A stretch of DNA of 64,000 nucleotides from assembly GCA_038888155.1 (NCBI GenBank), contig JAWAJB010000002.1:192001-256000 (forward strand), written 5' to 3'. A program made the position numbers and the translations under genes. Shown one piece after another: positions 49,517 to 58,941 of the stretch. This DNA is from Desulfurococcaceae archaeon. GTDB taxonomy: Archaea > Thermoproteota > Thermoprotei_A > Sulfolobales > Desulfurococcaceae. The notes under the pieces were generated by a model. It ran no database searches, had not been told where the DNA came from, and saw only the letters and a list, made by a program, of their open reading frames with translations. Each line of letters opens with the position of its first letter. The first letter of the stretch is position 1.

Positions 49517-49692
49517 CCAAAGTTGTATTTATTGAATTTTATTTAACTGGCATTTGTATGTTTTTTCACATTAATAAAGTCTTCATCTAATTAAACACGG
49601 ACATACGTCAACGAAGGGAGTCGCCTCTGAAAAGTTTAGCTGTACTTCTAAATAATGTGGCATTGTAATGTCGTCTAAAAAAGTAACGTGTT

Positions 49693-50940
49693 TCACATTT
49701 GGGGACATATTACCTTGCGCAAGATAAGATAGTAAATTTTGGTAATTTTCTCGAATTCCTCTATTGTTAAAAACTCATCCGCACTGTGGGCAGTACCAAG
49801 TAGCCCCGGACCGTAAGTAATTGTTTCGATACCAATTTCCGTGTAATAGCGCATATCTAGGCCTCCCATGCACACAGTTGTCCTGGGCCTAAATCCTAAT
49901 ACTTCTTTTGTTAGTTCTATAGCCAAATTAACTAGAGTAGAGTTGGGGGTCGTAATAGCAGGTTTGAATTTACCTGTTATTTTGACGTTAACATCTATCT
50001 CTTTGTACTCTCTTGATACTTTTTCCACGATATCTACAATCTCCTTTTCAACGTCCTCAAGTCTCTCCTCGGGAATAACTCTACGATCTAATGAAAACGC
50101 GCAATAGCCGGGGACCACATTTGACTTTGCTCCGCCACGAATTTCGCCTCCCATCATCGCTGTTGGTCTCGCTCCGCGAGGATCGTCGTATTCATACTTG
50201 CTTTTCCTGTTCTCCAATATAGGTAAATACTCCGCAATCAACCTGTTAGCTATTTTAACCATATACTCAAATGCATTTACCCCAAGCCATGGAGCTGAGC
50301 CGTGAGCCTGCTTTCCGTGAAACTCGATTAGACACCCAATTCCACCTTTATGTCCTATCCATATTACACTGGATCCGCTTGGCTCTCCAATGATAACGTA
50401 ATTCGGCCTCGTTAGGCCCTGTTTAACAAGGTACCCTGTCCCAGTTTCCCCTCCAGTTTCCTCGTCTGGGACTAGTGCTACTTCAATTGTGCCCTTTAGG
50501 GGCAGACGGGACTCCACTAGCGCTTTGGCCGCTGCAAGGAAAGCTGCTATTCCTCCCTTCATATCGCATGTTCCGCGCCCGTAGATCTTTCCCCCCTCTA
50601 TGGTGGGCTCAAACGGCTTTTTGCTCCACCCGAAGCCAGGGGGGACGACATCGTAGTGGCCATTAAAGTGGAGCACTGGCTCCCCAGATCCATATCTCCC
50701 GAGAACTATGTACCTCGGGTAGTTCGCGTACTCGGGCCTGTGCTTGGCGACGTATTCCCTGGGGACCTCGATGAGATCAACGTTAAACCCAATTGACTTT
50801 AACACCTCGCTAGCTAGAGCAGAGAACTCCCTGTAGTTCTCGCCCGGCGGGTTAACTGTTGGTATAGAGACCATATCTTTAAGGAGACTTAGACCCCAAC
50901 TAATATACTCTTCTATTTTACTTAAACTCACTTCCCTCAC
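49693..50940 (-). CDS. M20 metallopeptidase, DapE/ArgE family (copy 2)
   Basis: Same metal-ligand motifs as copy 1; HGSAPW, AHSADE. Confidence 0.92.
   Translation of the reverse strand: MREVSLSKIEEYISWGLSLLKDMVSIPTVNPPGENYREFSALASEVLKSIGFNVDLIEVPREYVAKHRPEYANYPRYIVLGRYGSGEPVLHFNGHYDVVPPGFGWSKKPFEPTIEGGKIYGRGTCDMKGGIAAFLAAAKALVESRLPLKGTIEVALVPDEETGGETGTGYLVKQGLTRPNYVIIGEPSGSSVIWIGHKGGIGCLIEFHGKQAHGSAPWLGVNAFEYMVKIANRLIAEYLPILENRKSKYEYDDPRGARPTAMMGGEIRGGAKSNVVPGYCAFSLDRRVIPEERLEDVEKEIVDIVEKVSREYKEIDVNVKITGKFKPAITTPNSTLVNLAIELTKEVLGFRPRTTVCMGGLDMRYYTEIGIETITYGPGLLGTAHSADEFLTIEEFEKITKIYYLILRKVICPQM
50372..50898 (-). repeat. 527-bp direct repeat copy 2
   Basis: Appears identical to 42927-43453. 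Confidence 0.95.
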
Positions 50941-51191
50941 ACCGATTTGGAGGAATTTTATACTTAGGTTAATTAATTTACTTGCAAATGATTATATCCA
51001 GAAGAGAAAAAATGTCAGACTCAAGCGATTTTACTCTTTAGCTGAACTGCGATGACGTTGAATTTCTATTCAAGGTCGGACTTTAAGCGGACTCAGACTC
51101 TATTAAAACCTGTAGCATTTCCCCTAGCTATCCAAATTATACTTATTTGCCTTGTAAGTTAAAGGCTTATAGCAGCACATACTAAATTGAA

Positions 51192-52478
51192 TCAGATAAT
51201 CGTATAATTGTAGTATTGTTTTAGAAACGAGGTAAAGTTCTCCCATTCTGGTTCAATTGGTGGAGGGATCTTCAAAGAGAGAGGTCTCGTGTCTTTAAGC
51301 CCTGCAGATGTAATTACTGTGATAATAACGGCATCTCTCTCGACCTTTCCTTCTTCAATAAGCTTTATGGTAGCTGCCAAAGATGCTGCAGAGGCTGCCT
51401 CGGGGAAGATGCCCTCATATCTGGCTAGTAAATAAATTGCTTCAACTATTTCACTATCCGATACAGGCTGAGCTAATCCACCGGAGTCTCGAATTGCGCG
51501 AAAGGCTTGATAGCTACTTATGTTCCCAGCTATAGATAAGGCAATGCTTTCCTTGGCTGATACCTTCTCTACGTAATCTAGGCCTTTTTTAAGAGCATTA
51601 GCAAGGGGGCCCATCTCTGTCTCTGCCGCTACCATTTTAGGGATCCTGTCGATAAATCCCAGCGTGTAGTAGTCATTAAACCCTGCCCAAATGCCGTACA
51701 ACCCCTCTCCATTAGCAGTTGGAACAACAACGTAATCCGGGACATTAAAGTTTAGTTGCTCGACGATTTCATAGGCTATTGTCTTATGTCCTTGTGTTCC
51801 ATATGGATTTCCGGTTGGCATTGGTCGACTAAATGTACCGGTTGGATACCACCCAAGCTCATTTACACACTTATTCATCAAGAAGAGCCTTCCCTCTCCT
51901 GTTCTTACTGGAACCACCTTGGCACCATACGCTCTCATAAATGCAAACATTGTCTCGGATATTAATGGATGTGCAAAAATAACTGCCTCCATGCCAGCTA
52001 CAGCTGCGTAAGCAGCTGTAGAGGCTCCGTGATTTCCAGTTGTTGAGACGGTTGCCATTTTAGCGCCAAACTCTAGCCCCTTTGAAATTGCTATTGAACA
52101 TAACCTATCTTTATATGACCATGTTGGATTGGTAGATTCGTTCTTAATGTAGAGGTTTCTTAAATGAAGTTTTTTCTCCAAGTTTTTAGCCTTAATTAGT
52201 TGCGTGTTACCTTCACCTAGCGTGATCATGTGTTTTTCATTTTCTACAGGCAATAGCTCTTTGTACCTCCAAACTCCTAATTCCTTAGGTCTCTTAAGGA
52301 AAAGGTCCCTTGAGATCTCACTTGAGATGGCTTCAAAATCGTAGGTTACTATGAGATTTGAAACAAATTTATCAGTTCTACAGCTAGGACATCCATTGAA
52401 GAGCTTTGAAATAGGATACTCTGCACCACATTTTATACACTTTAAGCCAACTACTCTCCTCTTCATATATAACTCCAA
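51192..52478 (-). CDS. thrC: Threonine synthase-like PLP enzyme with N-terminal Zn ribbon
   Basis: CIKC..CPSC, LGEGNT, NPTWSYKDR, STTGNHGAS, KTIAYEI, EGIFPEAASA. Confidence 0.82.
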   Translation of the reverse strand: MELYMKRRVVGLKCIKCGAEYPISKLFNGCPSCRTDKFVSNLIVTYDFEAISSEISRDLFLKRPKELGVWRYKELLPVENEKHMITLGEGNTQLIKAKNLEKKLHLRNLYIKNESTNPTWSYKDRLCSIAISKGLEFGAKMATVSTTGNHGASTAAYAAVAGMEAVIFAHPLISETMFAFMRAYGAKVVPVRTGEGRLFLMNKCVNELGWYPTGTFSRPMPTGNPYGTQGHKTIAYEIVEQLNFNVPDYVVVPTANGEGLYGIWAGFNDYYTLGFIDRIPKMVAAETEMGPLANALKKGLDYVEKVSAKESIALSIAGNISSYQAFRAIRDSGGLAQPVSDSEIVEAIYLLARYEGIFPEAASAASLAATIKLIEEGKVERDAVIITVITSAGLKDTRPLSLKIPPPIEPEWENFTSFLKQYYNYTII

Positions 52479-52586
52479 TAACCAGTAGGGAAAGTTTGAC
52501 TAATAAGCGTCTAAGACGCCTACAAAAAGTCAATAGTTGGCGACCCTGATTATACCGATGTGTCTTTCGAGTTAATGAAGAGAATT

Positions 52587-53873
52587 TTATTCATTCAACG
52601 GAGAGGAGGCAAGGGCCTTTATTGTCTCCTTGAGAACGCGCACCCCAGTAATAACATCGTTCCAATCGGTCCACTCAAGAGGAGAATGGCTGATTCCTCT
52701 ATAGCTTGGCACAAATATCATTCCCGTCTTTACCTTAGATGCTAGATTTTGAGAGTCGTGTCCTGCGCCACTGTTTACTCTCTTCGTTTTGATGCCCATT
52801 TGTTTTGCAGCATTTTCAATAACATTTACTACTTCATTTGAAAGCGGCACTGGCTTATGGGTTAAAAGGGTCTGTGTAGAAACTCGCACTCTATATTTTA
52901 ATGTGAGTTGCTCTAGGAAGTCCTCAATGTCCTCCTTGAATTTAAAAATGTTATTCTCGTTGAAGTCCCTAATATCTATACCCATCTCAACCCTACCCGG
53001 AATGGTATTTATCACGTTGGGATAGACTTGCATTTTGCCAACCGTTCCTAGCGTAGTGGGGCTTATTCGTTCTGCATTCTTATATACGTACATAATTACC
53101 TCTGCAGAAGCAACAAGGGGATCCTTACGCATTCTCATGGGAATTGTTCCAGCGTGACTTGCCTCGCCCTCTACGGTAACTTTTAGCCAAGTTATACCGT
53201 TAATGTTCTCCACTACCCCTATTGGTATTCCTTCGCTCCACAGGATAGGCCCCTGCTCAATATGTAGCTCAACCATATATTCGACATCATCTAACCCTCT
53301 TATGCAATTTCCCTTATAACCTATGTTCTCAAGGGCCTCCTCTAGAGTTTTCCCTTCACTATTTCTCGCCCTTAATGCCTCTTCAACGCTCAACTTACCA
53401 ACTAGAACAGAGCTTCCAAGGAGACTTGGCGTGAAAGCTGATCCCTCTTCTGCAGTGAAAACTACAATTTCTATAGGTCTATCATTAATAAAATTCTCCT
53501 CGATGAGGCTCTTGATTGCCTCGATAGATCCAAACACTCCTAGGGCCCCATCAAATTGACCGCCATTTACCACTGTATCAATGTGGGACCCAGTCATAAC
53601 TGTACCAGTTTTATATCTTGTCCCTTCCAGCCTTCCATATATGTTTCCAACGACATCAACTTTAACAGCAAGTCCCGCCTCCTCCATTAATCTGACAATG
53701 TAGTCTCTAGCCTTTCTATCGGCCTCAGAACCCGTTAACCTAGTTACCCCCTTGGTTTCGTCTAATTCGCTGTATTTCTTAACCCCAATGGGGGGGTTGC
53801 GACCAAATTTGCCTGATTCAACAATTGTTTCAATTAATCTCTCAACATTAATACCCACACCACTATATGTCAT
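52587..53873 (-). CDS. Zn-dependent hydrolase, N-carbamoyl-L-amino-acid/allantoate amidohydrolase family (M20)
   Basis: GSHIDTV.NGG.FDG, AEEG, ELHIEQGP, HAGTIPM, GAGHD, GISHSP.E; ATG 53873 preferred. Confidence 0.92.
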   Translation of the reverse strand: MTYSGVGINVERLIETIVESGKFGRNPPIGVKKYSELDETKGVTRLTGSEADRKARDYIVRLMEEAGLAVKVDVVGNIYGRLEGTRYKTGTVMTGSHIDTVVNGGQFDGALGVFGSIEAIKSLIEENFINDRPIEIVVFTAEEGSAFTPSLLGSSVLVGKLSVEEALRARNSEGKTLEEALENIGYKGNCIRGLDDVEYMVELHIEQGPILWSEGIPIGVVENINGITWLKVTVEGEASHAGTIPMRMRKDPLVASAEVIMYVYKNAERISPTTLGTVGKMQVYPNVINTIPGRVEMGIDIRDFNENNIFKFKEDIEDFLEQLTLKYRVRVSTQTLLTHKPVPLSNEVVNVIENAAKQMGIKTKRVNSGAGHDSQNLASKVKTGMIFVPSYRGISHSPLEWTDWNDVITGVRVLKETIKALASSPLNE

Positions 53874-54339
53874 ATTCCCGGGCACCCATATTATGTAATA
53901 GATTAGAGAGTTATACAACTTTCTGAATGTTTTCCGGGTAAAAATATCAAGCGATGTCGAGTACTAAGCGATCCACATTAGTGCATTTACTAGTCTATAT
54001 TTGGGGCTACAAGCTCGGCGCCTGATATTACATAATCCCGCGAGGACCTTTAAGCCATAAAACCGCTCAAAATCATATTTGCCTTCATAATTTGATACCT
54101 GACGCGATTTTAATAGTTGGGCTTGCAAAGTGAGATATCTGCAGTTATTGAATTCAAGTGCATACAGAAAAAGAGTCCCACCAACCTATCAATAGTTGTT
54201 CATAAAACAAGCTGACTATATCCAACTAACAATATTTAAGTATCGATCCCCCAATAGGACACGCAAGTGAATGGACTGATTATGGTAACTATCCTTTGAG
54301 GCTTATGTTACAATAACTGTGCGCCTGCTGGAAACTAAA

Positions 54340-54597
54340 TTAACTATGGGCTCGAACTGCCTTAGCAAATATTAATTTGTTATTTATATGAGAAATCTCA
54401 ACTACTTTATAGCCATACCTTGAAATTAACAGCTCTAGAATTCTAAATGGCACGGTCTCTATGTTGAAATAGATCTTTAGTTCAGAGACTCCCCTATTAG
54501 AGGCCTCAGAGGCCAAGCTATTTAATAAGGCTATTGGATGTTCTTTACACGAGTTTTTTGCCTCCCTTAGATCTATTTCAACACTTGACATCTCCAA
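54340..54597 (-). CDS. Small TusA/SirA-like protein
   Basis: EIDLR....C..HP start and GYKVVE..AKAVR end resemble the TusA fold. Confidence 0.5.
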   Translation of the reverse strand: MEMSSVEIDLREAKNSCKEHPIALLNSLASEASNRGVSELKIYFNIETVPFRILELLISRYGYKVVEISHINNKLIFAKAVRAHS

Positions 54598-54791
54598 AAC
54601 CTACATCGGTTATATACAAGCCAATTAAATCCAAATAAAACTTTTATATGGCATATTATAATTTTCCTCCAGCTCCTTGCTCACAAATCGTTGAAGACAT
54701 TTTATGATGTTAAATTAATATGATCGATCCCTGTGGGAGTTGGAATGAAGGCATATAATGTTCAAAATTAAATAATAGCCATGGTGAAAAA

Positions 54792-55919
54792 ATGAAAATT
54801 ACTCAAGTAGATATTATTCCACTTAGCGTTCCTTCTTCAAGGCCATTAAAAGTTGGAACATATGGAGAATTGGGTGAAAAGTTAAACTTCATAATGAGCA
54901 AAGTCTACACAGACGAAGGTATAGTTGGCTATGGCGAGGCTCCTCCGCTTCCGCCACTATCACCTGAATCGCAAGAAGTTATAGTAGGAGTACTACAGAA
55001 AAGAATAGTTCCTTCAATCCTAGGGGAGGATCCCTTTGATCATGAGGGTATTTGGGAAAAGATGGATTTTGTAGCACCTACTTATCCTATGGCAAAGTCT
55101 GTGATCGATATTGCTTTGTATGATATAGTGGGTAAAGCACTTAACATTCCATTATATAAATTCCTCGGCGGAGGATCCAATAAAAAATTCCCAGTGGTTG
55201 GATTAATTGGCCTTGGGACCACGGATTTAGTAGTTAACGAAGCCAGGAGGCTCGTAAGTGAGGGCTATAAAGGGTTAAGGCTCAAGATTAGCCCTGGAAG
55301 GGATGTTGAGCTAGTGAAAGCAGTTCGTCAAGAAATTGGAGATGATGTGACCATACGTGTTGACGCCAATCAAAGCTACTCAAAGTACAGGGCAATAAGA
55401 ACGATAAGAGCTATTGAGAGATATGAAGTCGAACTTGTAGAACAACCTACACCTTGGTGGGATTTCAAGGGCTTAGCTGAAGTCGCTAAATCTGTCGACA
55501 CGCCAATTATGCCGCATGAATCCCTATATTTAATTTCAGATGTTAAAGCCTTAATCGATCTAGAAGCCCTCGAAGTCCTAGGATTAAAAGTTTATAGACC
55601 TGGCGGCGGTATAACTAGCGCGAAAAAATTAATTAACATGGCGCAAATATTAAACATTCCATGCTTACTCCACGATGATATAGAGCTTGGGGTTTCATTG
55701 GCAGCTGCAGCGCATTTCATTGTGGCAAATTATAGGAACATTAAATTGAAGTGCGAACTTTCTGGTTATCCCGATTGGATAGGCGATGAAGTAATCAAGA
55801 CGCCTGTAAAGATAGTTAAAGGATTTGCTGAGGCACCAGAAGGACCTGGTCTAGGAGTTGAACTCGACGACGAAAAAGTTAAAAAGTACTCTAAAGGAAT
55901 TATAACTTGCAAATTATGA
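54792..55919 (+). CDS. Enolase superfamily, muconate-lactonizing/dipeptide epimerase subgroup, non-canonical motifs
   Basis: TDEGIVGYGE, IDIALYDIVGK, RVDAN, EQP, GPGLGVELD. Confidence 0.9.
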   Translation: MKITQVDIIPLSVPSSRPLKVGTYGELGEKLNFIMSKVYTDEGIVGYGEAPPLPPLSPESQEVIVGVLQKRIVPSILGEDPFDHEGIWEKMDFVAPTYPMAKSVIDIALYDIVGKALNIPLYKFLGGGSNKKFPVVGLIGLGTTDLVVNEARRLVSEGYKGLRLKISPGRDVELVKAVRQEIGDDVTIRVDANQSYSKYRAIRTIRAIERYEVELVEQPTPWWDFKGLAEVAKSVDTPIMPHESLYLISDVKALIDLEALEVLGLKVYRPGGGITSAKKLINMAQILNIPCLLHDDIELGVSLAAAAHFIVANYRNIKLKCELSGYPDWIGDEVIKTPVKIVKGFAEAPEGPGLGVELDDEKVKKYSKGIITCKL

Positions 55920-55987
55920 ACTTTGTTTTCCAGAGAATACATCTTTTATATGTACATACTTTTGAGCGAATCAGTTTTATCTTAGCT

Positions 55988-57262
55988 CTAAACTGAGGAG
56001 ATTAAATTTAGATATAGCTCCGCGTAGATCTTAGAAGCTGTGACAATGTTGTTGACCTCAATGTATTCATTGGGGGCATGCACTCCAACGGCGCCTGGAC
56101 CATATGTTGCAACTTCATAGCCCTTCATTAGATAATATATCATATCTAGCCCATTGAAGCATACAACCTTATCAGGTTTTACTCCTGTTATGTTTGCTGA
56201 AGACCTTTCAATAGCTTCATACAATTTTAAATTTGGATCAGCAACAGCCGACTCCTGGGATAAGATCAGATTTGTCTCGACATCGATGCCCAATTCCTTG
56301 GCTTTAATAGCTATAAATTCCTCTATTTCCCTCCAAGCATCTTCAACAGTTTCTTCAGGGATAACCCTCCTATCTATACTAAAAATTACTTCACCGGGGA
56401 CTTGGTTGATCTTTTCTCCTCCCTTTAGTAACCCTCCTATCATTAAAGTAGCCTTTGAGGCCTCTTCAATATCATATTTGAACTTGCTCCTTTTGCTTTC
56501 AACCTTTGGAACTAGTTCGTCGAACATTTTAACTGCTAAGCGAGAAGCTCTCTCAAAAGCATTTACACCTAGCCAAGGAGATGCACCATGAGCTGTTTTG
56601 CCCTTAACGATAACTAATCCCCTAATGCGTCCCTTTTGGCCAATGTAAATCCTATTCAACCCCGTTGGTTCAGCGATAACCACATATCTCCCTCTGACCT
56701 TGTTATTCTCGGTAATGTACTGCGTCCCAGTTTCACCGCCGATCTCCTCATCTGGTACCAGGAAGATCTCGATCCCGTAACCAGTTTTATCAATAGCACC
56801 TAGGAGCCCTACAATTGATAAGATTGTTGCTGTTATCCCTCCCTTCATGTCTCCTGCCCCTCTTCCAAATACTTTCCCATCTATTAGTTTTGGCTTAAAT
56901 GGCTCTGTTACAGTCCAGCCGGGACCGCCTGCGACAACATCATAGTGCCCGTTAAAGTGTAAAATGGTGTTTCTCGAATCCCCCACTCTAATTATTGCTA
57001 GGTACCTTGGTTTACTCTTTCCCTCAGCTGGCAACCTGGGGTCTGTATATTCTGAAGGAATAGTCTCTATAGTGACGATAATACCGTAATCCTTTAGAAA
57101 GTCTCTAATTAACTCTACAAATTCTTTGTAATTGGTGCCCTCGGGTGATATTGTGGACAACGAGATCATATCGAGAAATAGTTTCACAAAGTTGTCAGCT
57201 TCCCTGCTTATGGTTCCATAAATCTTCTCTTTATTAATATAGGTCATGTTTGCACTACCCAC
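55988..57262 (-). CDS. M20 metallopeptidase, DapE/ArgE family (copy 3, divergent)
   Basis: HFNGHYDVV, GRGAGDMKGG, DEEIGG, AEP, HAPNE. Confidence 0.92.
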   Translation of the reverse strand: MGSANMTYINKEKIYGTISREADNFVKLFLDMISLSTISPEGTNYKEFVELIRDFLKDYGIIVTIETIPSEYTDPRLPAEGKSKPRYLAIIRVGDSRNTILHFNGHYDVVAGGPGWTVTEPFKPKLIDGKVFGRGAGDMKGGITATILSIVGLLGAIDKTGYGIEIFLVPDEEIGGETGTQYITENNKVRGRYVVIAEPTGLNRIYIGQKGRIRGLVIVKGKTAHGASPWLGVNAFERASRLAVKMFDELVPKVESKRSKFKYDIEEASKATLMIGGLLKGGEKINQVPGEVIFSIDRRVIPEETVEDAWREIEEFIAIKAKELGIDVETNLILSQESAVADPNLKLYEAIERSSANITGVKPDKVVCFNGLDMIYYLMKGYEVATYGPGAVGVHAPNEYIEVNNIVTASKIYAELYLNLISSV

Positions 57263-57363
57263 ATTTTTAATATCCGACGTATAAATAAATTTGTCTACAT
57301 CTTCATAGTCAATAATGAAACAAAGAGATAACAGCGATAACGGGAAATCAAGGTTTTCCTTCT

Positions 57364-58074
57364 TTACTTGGGCCCCCTTTCCAGCTCTTCCTTGATGCGA
57401 TTCCTTAGCTCCTTTATTTTACTTAGGTTTTCCTTTATTTTCTCGAGCCATTCTTTCGATGCCTCAATGCCTTTCCTAGTGAAAAACGCCACTGCTTCGC
57501 TACGGCTCTTAAATATACCGGCCTCTACCAGCTCGTCGATGATCATTGCATCTTCATCCCTTAGCCTTATTGACGAGATAACTGTAGACAAAGACTCTAA
57601 AGCGCTTCTAGTTTCATTAATTGCAAATCTCACAGTTTCTTCTAGTTCCTTTCCAACAACTTCTGCAAGCCTCCAAGGCAAAGTAGTAATCGCACTCCAT
57701 GTAGATCTCCTTTTAATCTTGATCTCCGGGTATTTTTCCTCGATGTATTTAATGACTTCTCCGTATTTATCTTGGAATTCCTTTATCATTGTCTTCATAT
57801 ACTCCTCCAAGCTTCTAGTAGCATCAATCACAGCCATGTCGTTGAACTTTTTGGCTTCCTCCATTATTTCTCTCACTCCTCGCCTAGTCTCAATTAATGC
57901 GTCTTCGAAATAGTCTACAATGTGTTCTAGTTTCCTATAAAGCCTCATTACTTTTTGTGGAGTGAGCCAATCGGAGACCTCTGATCTAAGGACCTCGAGC
58001 TCTTCTAACGCCTTTTTAAAGGCTCTCTCAAGTCTATCCTTTATTAATTTCAATTCATTTTTTGTGTCAGACAT
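57364..58074 (-). CDS. Coiled-coil protein with C-terminal ribbon-helix-helix/CopG-like domain
   Basis: IRLRDEDAMIIDELVEAGIFKSRSEAVAFF; ATG 58074 after GTGGT RBS-like sequence (ORF track starts at 58281). Confidence 0.75.
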   Translation of the reverse strand: MSDTKNELKLIKDRLERAFKKALEELEVLRSEVSDWLTPQKVMRLYRKLEHIVDYFEDALIETRRGVREIMEEAKKFNDMAVIDATRSLEEYMKTMIKEFQDKYGEVIKYIEEKYPEIKIKRRSTWSAITTLPWRLAEVVGKELEETVRFAINETRSALESLSTVISSIRLRDEDAMIIDELVEAGIFKSRSEAVAFFTRKGIEASKEWLEKIKENLSKIKELRNRIKEELERGPK

Positions 58075-58368
58075 ATTACCACATCTCTTGTAATTTTGTA
58101 AAAACAACCTATAAAATTTTTCTAATACAAATCGCGACAAAGCAAACAATTTTTGATCCTTCAATCTTGGAGTTCTTTGCGCTTGTGTAATTGATGAGCA
58201 CAATCTATTATTAACGTGATATAAACTGGTAAAAACTGGTCCGATTAGACTGACGTTTAACCAACTATTGATTTCTTGCACGCAGGCAATTCTACAGGAT
58301 TTTTATGTCGAAAATTACATTATAGACCTCGCCCATAAATTTGAATTAAGTAAAAATAATTTTTTAAA

Positions 58369-58857
58369 CTATGGTTCAACATCGAATGGTATCTCTAATA
58401 GCTCTTTGGAGGCCCTAAATCTTACCTTACCTATTTTAATTTTACCTATGTCCCTAGAGGAGATAGTGTGCTGTTTGTTGCATGCATTGATATTCCATAT
58501 CTCCCCGTTAGTATCATATACTATGAGAATATGCAAGGTTTGTACCTCATCCGGTATTGGAAATAAATCATAAATTATGTTACCGTAATTTGATTCCGCT
58601 TCTTTACGCGACATTACCTTAATCTCGATTTTAAGGTCCTCGGCTATTTTTTTATTTGTTAAATCTTCTATTAACTTTATTTCCTCCGGGCTAGGCGCTT
58701 TATTGAATCTAACTGTAAGTCTGCCGTGCTTGCCATTAACATACACACCAGCAGTCCACATAGCGCTCGGTCCAAGGACTCTTACAACTGATCCTTTCAA
58801 CAGATGGAGAGCCGTGTGGGTGCGAACTTCATCAGTGTAATTCATCTGCTCCTTCAA
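58369..58857 (-). CDS. alaXS: Alanyl-tRNA editing protein AlaX-S
   Basis: EVRTHTALH (HxxxH) and NACNKQH (CxxxH) Zn ligands, YDLFP, KVRFR; resembles Pyrococcus AlaX-S. Confidence 0.88.
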   Translation of the reverse strand: MKEQMNYTDEVRTHTALHLLKGSVVRVLGPSAMWTAGVYVNGKHGRLTVRFNKAPSPEEIKLIEDLTNKKIAEDLKIEIKVMSRKEAESNYGNIIYDLFPIPDEVQTLHILIVYDTNGEIWNINACNKQHTISSRDIGKIKIGKVRFRASKELLEIPFDVEP

Positions 58858-58941
58858 TCCATGTGCACCGCAGAAGTATATTTACAATAATTGTTTTAAA
58901 AATTTTTGAGTCATGTTGCGTAATACACAGGATGCTTGAGA

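Noticed and set aside
52507-52519. GCGTCT-A-AGACGC palindrome before thrC
   Set aside because: Only a 6-bp arm; expected by chance in 64 kb
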